From the NCBI RefSeq assembly GCF_964355755.1, contig NC_092671.1, positions 3,720,001 through 3,784,000 of the forward strand: a stretch of DNA of 64,000 nucleotides. The letters are read 5' to 3'. A model generated the notes under the pieces. The model had not been told where the DNA came from, searched no databases, and saw only the letters and a program-made list of their open reading frames with translations. Shown piece by piece: positions 50,228 through 64,000 of this stretch. The first letter of the stretch is position 1, and every line of letters begins with the position of its first letter. A program made the translations under genes and the position numbers. The DNA comes from Antedon mediterranea (lineage: Eukaryota > Animalia > Echinodermata).

Positions 50228-52241
50228 CTATAGTGTACGTGTGGACAAATGTATCGTTCACGACCGGAATATCTAAGCGCGGAAGACACATATTAAGGGG
50301 GCGGCATGGTAATAAATACAAGCATGTAGACCTAAATTGAATATATACAAACAATTATACACTAGACCTTGTACTTGTTTGTGTAAATTGAAATTAGTTA
50401 TGTAAACATACTTATTATAATAAGGCCTCCCGACCAGGATAACTAAGCCCCTTAAAATGATCCCGAAAGATATACAGTACCTCATCAGAGAGTTGTTAGG
50501 CCTACATTGTCTACTATACAAATATAGACGATGGATAAGAATATAGACACATCCACAATCAACCAAATCGATTTTATTGTTTAGTGTTTAGTATGTCTAC
50601 CTTAAAAATTAACGTTATGAATATCACATGTGATGTCCGTATCATAAGATCACGTGACGTTATATTTATCCTATACCCGTATTTTTTACAAAAAACGTGA
50701 CGTGTGACGCACATAGGCCCCTATGACGTTGTATCATCATGACATATATATAAATGATACTGAACAAGTATTTATAAAAAAAAAGCCAATTTCATGATGG
50801 TGACCCAATAATACCCTTTTGTTGTACATCTACATTGTAGGAAAGGTCTACAAATTATCCTCCAATCTAAGTACTAAAATTATAACTATATATTTACTAC
50901 TACAGTCAACAATTACAACAAACTGCAAAGGGTTGTTTTTGATAACGACCACTTGAGTACGTATAGAAGCATTTTCAGTTTATCACTGTTCGCGTGGCTT
51001 CTTGATAAGCCTGACGCTTTCAGTACAATAGGGCAATATCTAATGGTGTTTGCGAACTGACGATGCCGACAAAAGACAAACAAAACGCAAAGACGAACAA
51101 AGAGAGACTAAAAAGTCAGGTAATATTATTTATTTAATAATGTTAAACCCTAAATTCCACAAAAGCAGCAGGTAATGTGAAAACCCCCAAATAGGCCTAT
51201 ACATATTGTTTTCTATTTCCAAAAAAACCAACATGACATCACACCGTCAATGATGTCGTCATCATCACCACGCCTGATTCACTATCACTGGTTGCTAGAA
51301 TAATGGCCACGTGATTACGTGTACTTGGAAGGGCGGTCCAGGACTTTGAAATAGTGGTGGGGTGGGAGGAAGGGCATAATGCTATATCATTTTAATTCTT
51401 AAAAATCCGCCTATGTTGCATATTGTCACCCTACCCTAGTATTCCAGGCACCACTTTATAAAGTAAATATTGAACGTATCACATTAATATTCAACAGTTC
51501 AACTGCACTTTTTAAATTCCTATAAATTCTCAATTATCTAAAGAGATGTGCCGACTTTTTTATGAATATTCATCGTTTTCCCAGGTCAACATTAATATAA
51601 AAAACCCCGAAAAAACGGTATGATCACAGAGAGAAGTATAACAAAGGTTTGAGCCTAGCGAAGTCCTGATTCCTAGGGAACCACGAGTGCATAATATCAT
51701 AAATCGATAAGACTAGAACACCGGAAATAGTACATCAATAGAAATTGACCTTAACCACAATCATTGACCCCGATGAGGACTAATTATGATGTTGTTGAGC
51801 GAGTGTTGTGTAAATCGTGCTAATCCGTAGGTTTGTGTTTAAACCATTCAATACGTCGTAAATGTGCTTTAACCACGGCTTAATTATACTGGCACGTGCG
51901 GCGCGTTATTTTTGTAAAATCCTATTTAACAGAGGATGTAACGGCCTGATTAAACCACCGCCTGTAAATTAAGAAAATAAATTCATAACGTAGTTTGTTG
52001 ATTAAATATTTATCAAAATATGCAATACAGAAGATGATCATTTATGATGATTATCGGAACATCATGTCACTATTAAAGGGTGAAGATCAAACAGGATACT
52101 CAAACTATCATTTAAAATGTATTAAATATTAAATCATTTTATTTAAATGTTATGAGTGACTTGGGAAATTATGTTGCAATAATTACAAATCAGTTCCCGA
52201 ATTATAGTAACTTACTTGCGACTTAAATAAAATTATATATA

Positions 52242-52845
52242 CTAGATGGTACGCTCGCTTCGCTCGCGTACCATCTAGGTCGTGCCCACAGATGGTTCTC
52301 GAATACATAATAATTTCAGATGCGATTTCAAATGTACGTACAATAATACATGTCGTTTACAGGAACGAATAAATAGACACTGATTTATGTACTCAACTAA
52401 AATTAGCACCCTGAGAATTACTTCCGAAAGAGAAACTTGTCACAAAATGAGACCAATTGTTTAAGTCAAATTTAAACAAACTTAATTTGTGTTTTGTATG
52501 TAACATTAGGGGTGAGGGATGGGGAAGAGGGTGGGTGCAAAGAGAAACAATTTTTAAATATATTAAATATATTCTTTATCCATTTAGTAACGAAATATTA
52601 ATTGTTTTCATGTTTTACAAATAATATATCACTAAACACAGTAAAACATTGCTATGTAACACTTTGTTGAAACTATCACCGTCCTAGTCGATTGAAATAG
52701 TACAGTACATGTAACGATACATCACTACGACGTGTATGTTTATATAATGTAAAACAATTTGTGAAAACCACCTCTATTCGGGGAAAATCATAAAATCGAT
52801 TTAATCGTCAATAAAAATTAAATTATCTAACTCAACTTTATTAGT
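52242..52845 (-). mobile_element. Non-autonomous Helitron, copy 2 (3' end intact, internally deleted, 5' end unclear)
   Basis: Same CTAG and hairpin terminus and colinear homology with copies 1 and 3. Confidence 0.75.
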
Positions 52846-53536
52846 AGGCCTAATGGTTTTCAATTGTTTCTTAGAGCCAATCTTTTCTTACAATATGGTC
52901 GCTTAATATCAGTTTGTTGATCAACAAATTTAGCCGCACGCGACATGAATTGTTATAGTAATTCTTCAACGGTTAAACAAGACTAAATAATTGTTCTATC
53001 CTCAAGGTTAACTGGTCCTAAATGCCTGTCTCATCGTTTAAGTCCTAGGTCTCTTGGGACGCGGTTCAAAATTGGGCCTCACCTCTACGCAGAAAAAAAT
53101 CTTATCGGTGCTGTATCTTAAAGGTCCGCTGAATCTTATTTTTCTATATATGTATATGTGTCCTTGGTAGTTTACTGTTGCGGAGATCCAAAGGCAAGGT
53201 GCTCACAATAGATACATAATCATTATATAATTGGTTTTGATAAAAAAAAAGTGATTGATGTGGCAGGGTAGCCATGTCGGGAAATGATTACGAAATATGT
53301 AATTTGTGTCAAGTTAAAAAATTATGTGGTTATGATAATGATTTTGTGATGATGACGGTGATGATGATGATGATTGAAATATATATTTTGTTGTTTTAAG
53401 GGGTAAAGAAATGATGCAAGCTTATTTTTTATTTATTTGTGAAAAACAACACAAATGTTAGTGATAGTGATTGATACGATTCATTGAGGAAGGTGGTGGA
53501 TGAGAAATTATGATAACATGCTGATAATTATAATGA

Positions 53537-54859
53537 CTAGATGGTACGCTCGCTTCGCTCGCGTACCATCTAGGTCGTATCCACATATGGTTCTCGAATA
53601 CACAGTAATTTCAGCGTCAAAAATGAACGTACCGCAGGACTATAGTACATTGTCGTTTACAGAAACGAATAAAAAGACACGATGATTTATGTAAAATTAG
53701 CACGCTAGGAATTAGGCCTTGTCTTAAAATTGAGTCCAATGGGGAAGAGGATGGGAAGAAAAATTTTTAAATATATTCTCTATCCACTCAGTAACGAAAT
53801 ATTGTTTTAAATGTTTTATAGGCCTATCAATATTATACCACTAAACACAGTAAAACATTTACGATTTATAATACTTTTTTAAGACTGTCTCTGTTATAGT
53901 CGATTGAAATAGTAAAGTTCATTCATTCATTCATAATAACATTTATTTCTTATCATTTCAAAGTAAACAAAATAACAATTTAAATATAAATAATTAAGAG
54001 GCAACACCCAGAAAGTAATAAAATTTGGAGGTTTCCCTCCAAAAAAGTACTTGTAACGATACACCACTACGACGTTTATATATTTTATAATTATTAATTA
54101 ATACAAAAACGTTGAGAAGCAACTGTCAGTAATCTATCCACAGTCACAGTAATAAATGTTCTTTGTATATTTTGTTTATATATCTAACAGTAACCGGGCA
54201 GTAACCACATTCACAGTAAGACAATTTCGATTCAAATGGCGACCAAAAATGGTTAATACGTACAGTATTTACAATATTGTCAAAGTATTGCAATACTATA
54301 TATATAAGTTTTATTCTCCAAGGGCCCATAAATTTACCTACTTGTGTTAAACCAAGGGCTCATTAATTTACCTACAAACTGGGAGTCTGAAAGATTGGAA
54401 TGTTCCATTCATCGCAAATCAATACATTTGTAAAAACGTAAATTAAATCTATCAAAATAGTATTTTTTTAAGAAAATCGGCCTGTCTTCAACATTATGAT
54501 GCTGTACTCGGGCAGTTCAACCGGTTTTCAGCTATTAAAAACAATTATCGTAGGAGGAGATAGGAAAATGCGAAGCGTCCTAGTATTATTGTGTGCGGGT
54601 ATTTTTCAAGTTGGACATCCATTAGACAGTGTATACCACGATCGGAAAACACCCCTATTTGGGGCAAATCGTTGAACCTAAATTCGTTTTAATCGTCAAT
54701 AACTAATTATCTAACTCAATTTAATTAGTAAACAGGGTTACATCAGGTGGTTAAAATCAGTACCGAAAGTACGAACCAACTTTATATACCATCGAGTAAA
54801 AATTCTAGAAATAAACCGCCATTTATCGAATTTTGCCCTTACGTAAATTTATATATAGA
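53537..54859 (-). mobile_element. Non-autonomous Helitron, copy 3
   Basis: A|TC start at 54859, hairpin plus CTAG|T end at 53537; last ~500 bp nearly identical to 17400-17910. Confidence 0.85.
53919..54043 (-). mobile_element. Short non-LTR retroelement 3' fragment nested in Helitron copy 3
   Basis: Absent from copies 1 and 2; AATAAA plus (TGAA)n tail on minus; AAAGT duplicated on both sides. Confidence 0.6.
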
Positions 54860-55420
54860 TGATGAAGATGGCGAGTACTATATGATGAGGTTGATGATGT
54901 TGTTTATGAGATGATGATGATGATGATGATGATGACGACGATGATGATGACGACGATGATGACGACAATGATGATGACAATGATGATGACGACGACGATG
55001 ATGACGACGACGATGATGATGACAATGATGAAGATGATGATGACGATGATGATAACGATGATGATGATGACGATGATGATGATGACAATGATGATGACGA
55101 TGATGATGATGATGATGACAATGATGAAGATGATGATGATGACGATGATGATGATGACAATGATGATGACGATGACAATGATGATGACGACGATGATGAT
55201 GACAATGATGAAGATGATGATGATGACGACGACGACGATGAGGACGACGACAACGATGACGATGACGACGACGTTGATGATGACGATGACGACGACGATA
55301 ACGACGATGATGATGACGATGGTGATGATGAAGACTACGAGTACGAGAATGAGTTTGGAGGGAGTGGTGATATTGTTTATGATGATGGTGATAATGACGA
55401 TGATGTTGATGTTAATGATA
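54860..55420. repeat. Long imperfect (GAT/GAC)n trinucleotide microsatellite
   Basis: Over 500 bp of gat/gac/aat triplets; source of the poly-S, poly-I and poly-M ORFs. Confidence 0.95.
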
Positions 55421-58400
55421 AGTTTTATTGTTTTCACATTCAGGAGTTTACTATGTTTTTTAAAGGTTTACCCTGAAATGTGGTATGCATTTCTAAAATG
55501 CATATTTTCAATTGTCCTACAAAACAAAATACACTTGGTCATGACGTTTATTCTTTTATATTTCACAATAAAAAAAAGTGATGCTCACATTTTAAAATCA
55601 CGATACGGACATTCACATCTAAGCCACAACAAAGGTACTTGTAATCGCGTAGGTGTAGGTTCACTATTTTTACATTAGCTATGCCTTTGTTATTACTATG
55701 TACTAAGCGAGTAACCTAACATCATTAACAAAAACTTGGTATTAAAATCGGCACACGTTGATTCGCGTACGATTTCTTGAAATCGGTCTTGATACGATTT
55801 ATTCATCTCATTAGTGCAATCAATCGAGTACCCTTCATTTGTAGAAATTCACACCGTATACCGAGGTGTTATACAGGTGCTATACAGGTATTATTAAACT
55901 ATCTAATTAGGTGTTAATTGTCTATTAAGACAATCAAAATTAAGAGGATAAAAAAACAAAAAATCGTGATCAGATTTTACGCGGGGAAATTGAAGGGGCA
56001 GCTGCGCGTAGAAATACAATATGACACGCGTGTCTAAAAAATAATACTGTGCTTAGTACGGTACTTGTAAATCGTATCAAGTGCTTTAAGCCAAAAGAAC
56101 ATTTAAACAGTCCGTGAAGCAGTGTGAATGCATATACCGCCCTGGAGAAAGTAGGCCTACGTAATATAACCAAAACTTCAATTGAATATCAGGTTTATGA
56201 TACCATCACTACTTTGATTTGATGATATACCGTCTGATACTAAACGTACTGTTTGGTTTAAAATAAAGTTTAAAGCATCGGCCTACAAACACGAATCATG
56301 ACATTTTATTTATCTTAAGGTGAATGTGCAAAAAATAATATTGTAATACAGAAAGCATGTACAGTTGACACATTTAATACCAAACAAAGTTCCACTTCAT
56401 AGGAGTGTCCCCTGATTCATAGTGTTAAAGTATATTTTCCCCCGTTCGTTTCACGGAAAGGTTTCCCCTCAGGGTGTCCTCAATAATAATAGGTGTCCAT
56501 ATAATATGATTACAGTGTCTATGTTTTCGTTGTGTGGTATGTAGGCCTACCTCATAAAGGGCTTTTTTTAGCGCCGCACGAGCTTGACGAATTTGTCATT
56601 TTTTCCAATAGGCATTATCCCGACAATTAAACAAGCCACTGTAATACACAGTGCCGTTTTGTATTTAGCCTTTGTTTTTCTTTAAAAATAGTGGAAACTA
56701 ATCAATATGCCCCATTGATAATTCATACTGTACACCATCTTCCTTTGTAGATTACTTTATTACTGTAACATCCGTATTGAGAAACTATCAATGGCTTTGC
56801 TAATCCGGTGATAACGCACCATCCACGCGACTTGATCACTCGCGACCTCCCTATACAGTAGGCCTACAACAATCGATATCAAACACAACAAATAATGATC
56901 GATTTAATTGTCCTAAATCTCGTATTTTAATCCAGTAACCATATTAGGCCTACTGATCAGTGTTTTTTACGTAACTCCATATTTTCAGGATTATATGAGT
57001 TTGGTAAAGAAAGGAATGGTCACGCAAGGGTAAAAAGATCGATGAAAAGGGTTCACAAATCGCCAAAATACCCCCAACTTGAATAAAAACAAATTAAATT
57101 TGGACAATAGACTTAGGCCTACGGATATAGGTAAAACAAAAGCCTGTTTTCTATTTACTGTTTCTATTGATATACCCGTCAAAACTTCTTTATGTTTTTA
57201 AAGGCATGAATAAATTAGACTCGGGTAAAACTAAGTAAGATTTAGGTTAAATACCCATGGAATCTATCATAGCACTGGATGAAGTGCACACAAAAGATAC
57301 ATCGTATTTTGACGTTAGTGCTATTAATACTGTGTGCAAATAAACTTAATTTGGTATGAGACGCCGCAAGCTTTTCTTAAACAATTCTAGAACCAATTGA
57401 CTTTTTTAAAGTGATAGTGAATAGGGGTTGTTCCAACTACCCCATGGCTGAGATCATTGTATTCAAAGATGGCCAAAGACAGATGTAAACGAAAGAAATA
57501 TTTGAATGGATTACAAGCGAATAACATAGAAAATAGAAATCTTGCATATTTTGTTCAATTTGTAAAGGCCTTCTTTAATCCGCGAGTTATTTCGGTAAAA
57601 CCGTGTAAATAGTTAAGCCGCCTTAAACGATATTTTCTTTGACTCTGTCCTATATTTTGGTCTTAGGATCAGGAAAACAAGAAAGAACGCGTAATAGATG
57701 CTGGGTCTTATTTATAAGTAGTGTTCGATCAAAGAAAATGCATGTCAAGTTGACAATGCAGTTGCACTATAAGACTTAAAAATACAAGAGAGGCTCCACC
57801 CACTTTGGCGACAACATTAAATTATGAACTACTTTTTATATTTGTTTTGGACAGACTATTAATATTTCGGTATACTTTAGCGCTCCCCGTTAAAAAAAAT
57901 CCTGGATCTTCCGCTCTCACGTCATAAGTTATTTATGGTAGTTATTTATTATTATAGGCCTATTACTTATGCAAATATTTTACACAAAAAAGGACTGAAT
58001 ACAGATAACTCGATCTTTTTCAAATTATGTTACTGGGTTTATAGGGAAGAGTAAAATTAGTTTACTCTAAAACAAAGTGAGGTGAGGCGTGACTTTAAGA
58101 GCAAAGCTAGTTTACAATGAAAGGCAAAAATAATTTTAACTTGCAGGAAAATAACTATAAATAGTTTTATTTCTTAATGCAATTAAATATTAGTAATGCT
58201 GTTATAGTTAAAAAACGGTTTTTATGTTTGTTTACTTTGGCAGGACAAAATACGTTAGACAAAGATATAATAAAACACAATAAATTAAATTAATTGAGGT
58301 GAGACACTGTACAAAAAGCAACAATTGAGAGAAAAGCAAATACATTTAGCTTGGGAAAAATAATTATATATGTAGTGTTATTTTATTAACGGTACTGTTT

Positions 58401-61400
58401 TGGTAAAACGTTTTCCGTTTACTTTAGGGAGAAATACGTTAGACAAAGAATATAATACTAAACACAAATAAAACCCGCTATTTGAATCTAAAGAATAATT
58501 ATACTGTAAAATCTAGGCTGGTATTGTACAAAGTTGTATAAGTATTTTAGTCGCAGACTGTCGCTATTTTATTACCAATACCATGGGACTATGAATATTG
58601 ATGCGCGTTATGACATTGGCCTAAACTCGACTGTGAAGCTACAATCAATTATACAAAAGAAATAGGTTTTTACAGTGTAAACATTTGTTTTTGCCATTTC
58701 GGCAAGTTGTAATTGTAAAACACACACTATTAATATCATTCGTGGTCGCGTGTATTATTCCTTGTAAATAGTTTTTCTTTGACCTTATCAGAGAGGTCAG
58801 CAATCATCGGTGATTTCCAGACGCGAAATATCCGTTATTGGAGTTTATAAATATTTTAATATCATCATAAATATATTACCACGTGATTCAATCATCCATG
58901 CGTAACATTTCATATTCGATGTTTTCAGTAAACCTTTTTGTTTGGTAGAAACAAAGTATTCATTTTTGGAGGGAAAGTTTGGCGCATCTTTATTTCTTAA
59001 AACGAATGGAAAAATATTTCGAACAAAGTAGGCATAATGCTTATCAAATTGAAATGTATAGTTATAGGTGTAAGTTTACAATTTACTCTATGTTTAACTT
59101 GGTGTATTAAATTCACTTGCCATGTATATATAATTAAATTATAAATGGTGGTTAGTAAGAATTTAAATATTTGTTGATAGCACATATTACAAGGCAACGA
59201 GAGAAAAAATATTGAATTATAATATTAACGATATAAAAGACGTTATTTGTTTAAGTTTAAATCGATTTAGAAGGCCTAGAGCGGAATGGTTGTACATAAT
59301 AAGGTGGCTAGTTGAGTACCTATATCCTAATCCTACCCAAGTGAGTGTCGACCACTTATTCGTTTATTGAATACCTTGTCGCGTGCCGGCTTTGTTCAAA
59401 ATGTGTTTGCCAAGTATACAGAAAAGGCAATTGATGGTTATCAATCGACTTGTCGACTCTGTTAGCGTCGTCGTACCCCTTACTGCAGGATTTTCACGAG
59501 GGTTAAAATGGCTCCACCGCCGCCTCGATATATCTCAATATCCCGATAGTGTGCTTGTTTATGATAGTATCGTAATGGTAAACCTCTAGCTGTATACATA
59601 ATTATATGTAACATAATATCATAGAATACGCGCGTGTAGATATTATCGAAGGTTTTATCTTCTTAAATTATGTGTAATGCTGCAGATTTGTATTATACTA
59701 TATAGTTAGTTGTTTTAAACCCTTAAATTATTTTTATGATGGAGAGATAAACATAAGATTAACATGGTTTAGGCTGACGGATCGAGGGTCATCTGGAGGC
59801 CAGGTTAACTTTGCACTCGGACTTTCAGAACAAAGCTCTAAAATCTGCGAAATAAATTAGGACTAGCTCAAAACGACACGCTAAGGATAATTCTAAAATA
59901 ATTATTAATTTTTATAAAAATACTATAGAAGAAATACTATGAACTATTATGATTGTTAATGCTTAGCCTAATATAAATTTATTTCAAAATTTAATGGTGA
60001 AGATCTTTTATGTTATAACGTCCTTAGGGGAATCCGCATTAAGGGCATATTCTGTCGAAACGAACGAAGGATAATGGTTTAACACTTACGGCCAGGCTCC
60101 TATTCCGAAGGCCAACCCTATTCAAGAGATACCCGTATCAGGGGATCCATAAAGGGTTTAGCTCTTAAGGTGTCCCTTTAAAGATGTATTGTCTCCCCAA
60201 AACATGAAGATTAATAATAAAAAGAAAATTTTGCAGTTTTAATAAAGTCAATCACCTCCGTAGAAAAAACCCCGAAAAAAACGTTTTGACTTATATAAAG
60301 ACAAAATGAACGGTTAAATTCAGTCAAAAACCCATTGACTTCCAGTCAATTTGACTTTTTTTCCGATACCTATTTTGGTCAAATGTTTATGCGACATTTT
60401 TTTTCACGGGGTCAATACATCTTTAACTATTTCTACTGCCTTCTGTAAAACTATATTAGTATAATTTTACAGAGAAAAACATTGGAGTATTCACTTCCAA
60501 CTGCACATTTCAACTGGATTACCCAAATAATAATAAAAACCACTTATTATTTACAAATTTGCGGCACAGTTAATGTGGTTTTTATTTTGGTGACTTTGGG
60601 AAAGGTGTGATTTTGGAGTCGGCTAATTCTTTTAAGTTTCCAAGCTCCGTACCCGTCTCCAAGTCGGCATGTAGACAGGATCGATCTGGCGGTTGGCGGG
60701 GCGTACGCTGTTGATATGTCGATAAGATATAATCTAATTTCGCTTAATACCCAGACACGAATAAAAGAAGTCAACTAATCTATAACTTTAAAGAGAGACC
60801 CTTTAATTTTTATAAAATAGAAAGTGGAAAAAATGAATATGGACTTTCGTTATTCTCTATATTTTGCTTCTTCTTTTTTTTAATATAAAAAATGTGTAGG
60901 CAAATTGCCAAGGATAGGCCTAACCATAAGCGAAATCATTCACTATTCTTCTTAAAGGTGGCAATCCTGTTCACAAGACACACATTATACACAAGATGCT
61001 CTATGCATACCCTTCAATTAAAATACATAAAAAGATTTTAAAAGAATATCTGGATAACCCCATAAATTGACATTAAAATTAAGTGACCGATTTATTTCCA
61101 ATGGGGTCTATTTTTGTGTCGTTTTTGCAACAGTAGACCTATAATCAGTTCATTAGGCCTAGATTAGGAATCTCTGACGACTTCTTTAAAAATACCATAA
61201 CTCTCGCAAATTCATTATTTTAGTTTGTTTTATAATTCTGGAAATGTATAGGTTCTCCTATTTTTCGGAGTTATATAAACAAATATTATAGCTACGTTGT
61301 AATGACAGGTCTATTTACCACAATCATACCTGCCAAAAAAAGTCTAATGCCCTCAGGATAGTAAAAAACCAATCGACTGAGAGGTAACCATCGATACAAA

Positions 61401-64000
61401 ACACTGTCGCGTCCGCTTCTTTTATATTAAAAGCCGTAGACTAAAGATATATTTTCCAGCAATTGGCTGTGTTGATATAGAGAAGTTCGTTGAGCGTAAA
61501 CTTAAGGCTAATAAATGAATTCAAGTTAAGTAAACCAACTAAAAGTGCGTAAAATTACAACCTCACAAACTATAACGAGTCATTGTTTTTCGCAAGAGGG
61601 CGTACTATTCATTATGCGAAACATCTCAACCGGAAGATTGTCGTTCTCGAGGTTTAGTTCCGACTGTAAATTAATTACCGTAACTTTAAGAAGTGGGTTT
61701 AGGCCTAATACTTAAATAATGTATTTTTATTTAACACTGACTTTAATATGATAGTATTATAGTTCCTGACATCGTGAATTAAACTGATAATGGTATTATA
61801 TGTTATTATCAATCTCTATTAGGGCTTCATAAATTTCACATAAGGCCTAGGCCTAATTTTACAAAAGTCTACGAAGAAAAAAACAATTCTGATAAAATTC
61901 GTTTTGATCTTTAGTGTCGGTTTCTACTGAATAAGAAAATATGGATTTGAATACCGTATTTAGAAAAAACGGTATTTTCTTGCCAACAACAGCAACGGGT
62001 TTAAATATATTAAAGAACCGATAAATTTTATTTTATAACCCCAAATCGATTCCGGTTTTAAAAACGGTTTCCGTGGAGCAACTCATTCTTTTCTAGAAAC
62101 CCGTTATTTTGAAATTTTAAAATATCAACAGGTTCTTAGACTAAGACTAAGTTGGTATCATTACGCTTTAAAAAAACACAAAAGTGCTATCGGTATAGTT
62201 ATTGCATCAATGTTAACTTTTAAAAGAGGTTCCAATACCAACCACGTTGATTTTAAACAAATAATTGTGTAGGTTATTGATAACGAAAATTGCGATCAAA
62301 AAGTATTTATGAATCAGTGTATTTTGCAATTACTAACATCAATTTAATACAGTACGGAACGTTATGATGACTAAATCGGCGGGTATTATATTAATAATAA
62401 GTCACCATGCCGACGTTACTTTTATTGAGTTTGCAACAAAAAAAATTATCATGAATCAATGTATTTTGTGATTATTGGTATCAACACGAAATCACCTGAA
62501 TGCTATTGTAATTATTTTCAACCTAATTAAATAATTATTATACAAGTTCAGCAGACACGGTGGTACTGTACCTTGGCTTTTTAGAACAAGTTAGCCATAG
62601 TGAACTGGAGTTCCGTGTTAACACGTCTATCGACAACTCGAACGGAAATACTTTTTTTCTCTTTAAAAAAAGTATTTCTTATTCACAATAACGTAACGTA
62701 AAAACTGTGTTTGTTATTATTTTGTATCGTTATAAATAACATCTAGACAAACACACACACACTCTGGTCCTAGACCAGTCATCTTGAAATAACCGGTTCT
62801 TTTATAAGCGCTCGCGTGGCCGTCAGATATGTTTTGAAATTCGCGCTACCTTCAGCAGCTTGGCGAGACCTAGGGCAATGATTAGAGGTCTTATAAAAGA
62901 ATTTGGACCAGGCGGTGCAGATCCGCTTAATTTTAGGCGTAATCAACCGCAAATCTTTTGGAGTCAGAAGATTATGCATTAAGAAACAGTTAAATTTGCT
63001 GACAGGCACTTTGTTTACTCCGCTTTATATTTACACACAAGACGACTTCAAAACAATAACAAAATGTATTGATAGTAGACCGTTTTCCTGTCTGTATAAG
63101 TAAACAGTATCTTGAAAAAATGCTGGTCCTGTGGACATCCCCTCTGATAGCGCTATTGTTCTTTGGTCGAAAATGGGAGGAAATACAACTTTCAATCAAT
63201 GTCAATTATATGGCAATCAAACATTTTGGCACATCAATCAATCGGTCATAAAACAAGATGGGTTGATCATAACTAACGTTTATGCCTTACTGCAACATAT
63301 TTATTTAGGCCTATTCAATTTAAATAGTTAAAATATAATGAGCATTATATTCCTATGGTAAAATTAAATTATGATGTGTTTTTTTGTTAGCAGCAATGTT
63401 GAGATTGAACATAATGTATGTACGATTTATAGAAAAACATTCTTATTTCAGTTTTAACACTTTAAAAAATACCGATTTTAATTCCTGACATGAAGATAGA
63501 CCCTGACAATAACTTTTTATAATGACATTACACGTTAACCACCAAGCAACGGCTCAACTAGCTTGGGTATGGACACGGTGGTGACCTATCTTTGAACTCA
63601 TGTACTGGACATTGGTCAGAAGTTTAAAGTTTTATTTTACTTTTAGTTTTTAATGGTTTTAATGCTACACGGGTAAAAAAATCACCGAAATGTATAAAAA
63701 ACCTAAGCTATAAATATTATATGTATAGGCCTATTAGAGAGAAATAAGTTTATTTCTCAATGGTATTATAGTAAGAACAAGTTGGTTAGATGAGGTTATC
63801 ATACCGACAATTCATGCAAAAGTACTTTTCAAAACATAAATTAGAAGATTGACACGGTATACTAAAAATATACTATTTATATATTCAGTATACTGAATTA
63901 TTAGTTTTGTTGTAATTTCAATCTTTGATTGGGCCTAACTGAATGTTTAGGAAATGTACAAGTGTCTATTGAACCTATTATTATAGCTTCCGATTATCCT

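Noticed and set aside
54849-55678. Poly-Ser, poly-Ile and poly-Met ORFs, or a poly-Asp biomineralisation-type exon
   Set aside because: Simple (GAT)n microsatellite beside a Helitron end; no credible start, signal peptide or splice context found.
63534-63590. Faint resemblance to a 5S rRNA-derived internal promoter region
   Set aside because: Too short and diverged to support a 5S gene or SINE3 call.

Overview
AT-rich, intron-containing animal DNA, probably from an invertebrate deuterostome such as an echinoderm (inferred from the ASCL1-like protein and base composition). It holds three protein-coding genes. A synaptotagmin-12 orthologue lies on + (7 coding exons, 4020-15339, 404 aa, one GC-AG intron). 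Two divergently transcribed achaete-scute bHLH genes follow: a divergent paralog on - (28741-27230) and an ASCL1-like gene on + (37494-38024) with a 3'-UTR intron. Nine full-length tRNA-Arg(ACG) genes, a pseudogene and a remnant form two clusters. One is inside a SYT12 intron (12.7-14.3 kb), the other is at 47.2-48.6 kb, and together they bracket the achaete-scute pair. Mobile DNA includes a young non-autonomous Gypsy-derived LTR element (913-2838), three copies of a non-autonomous Helitron, a piggyBac-like element, Harbinger-type MITEs, a foldback-like element and CR1/L2-type LINE fragments. The best candidate for an undescribed system is a proneural-gene domain bounded by tRNA genes and B-boxes; this is a hypothesis only. 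Coordinates were read by eye and no database searches were run.
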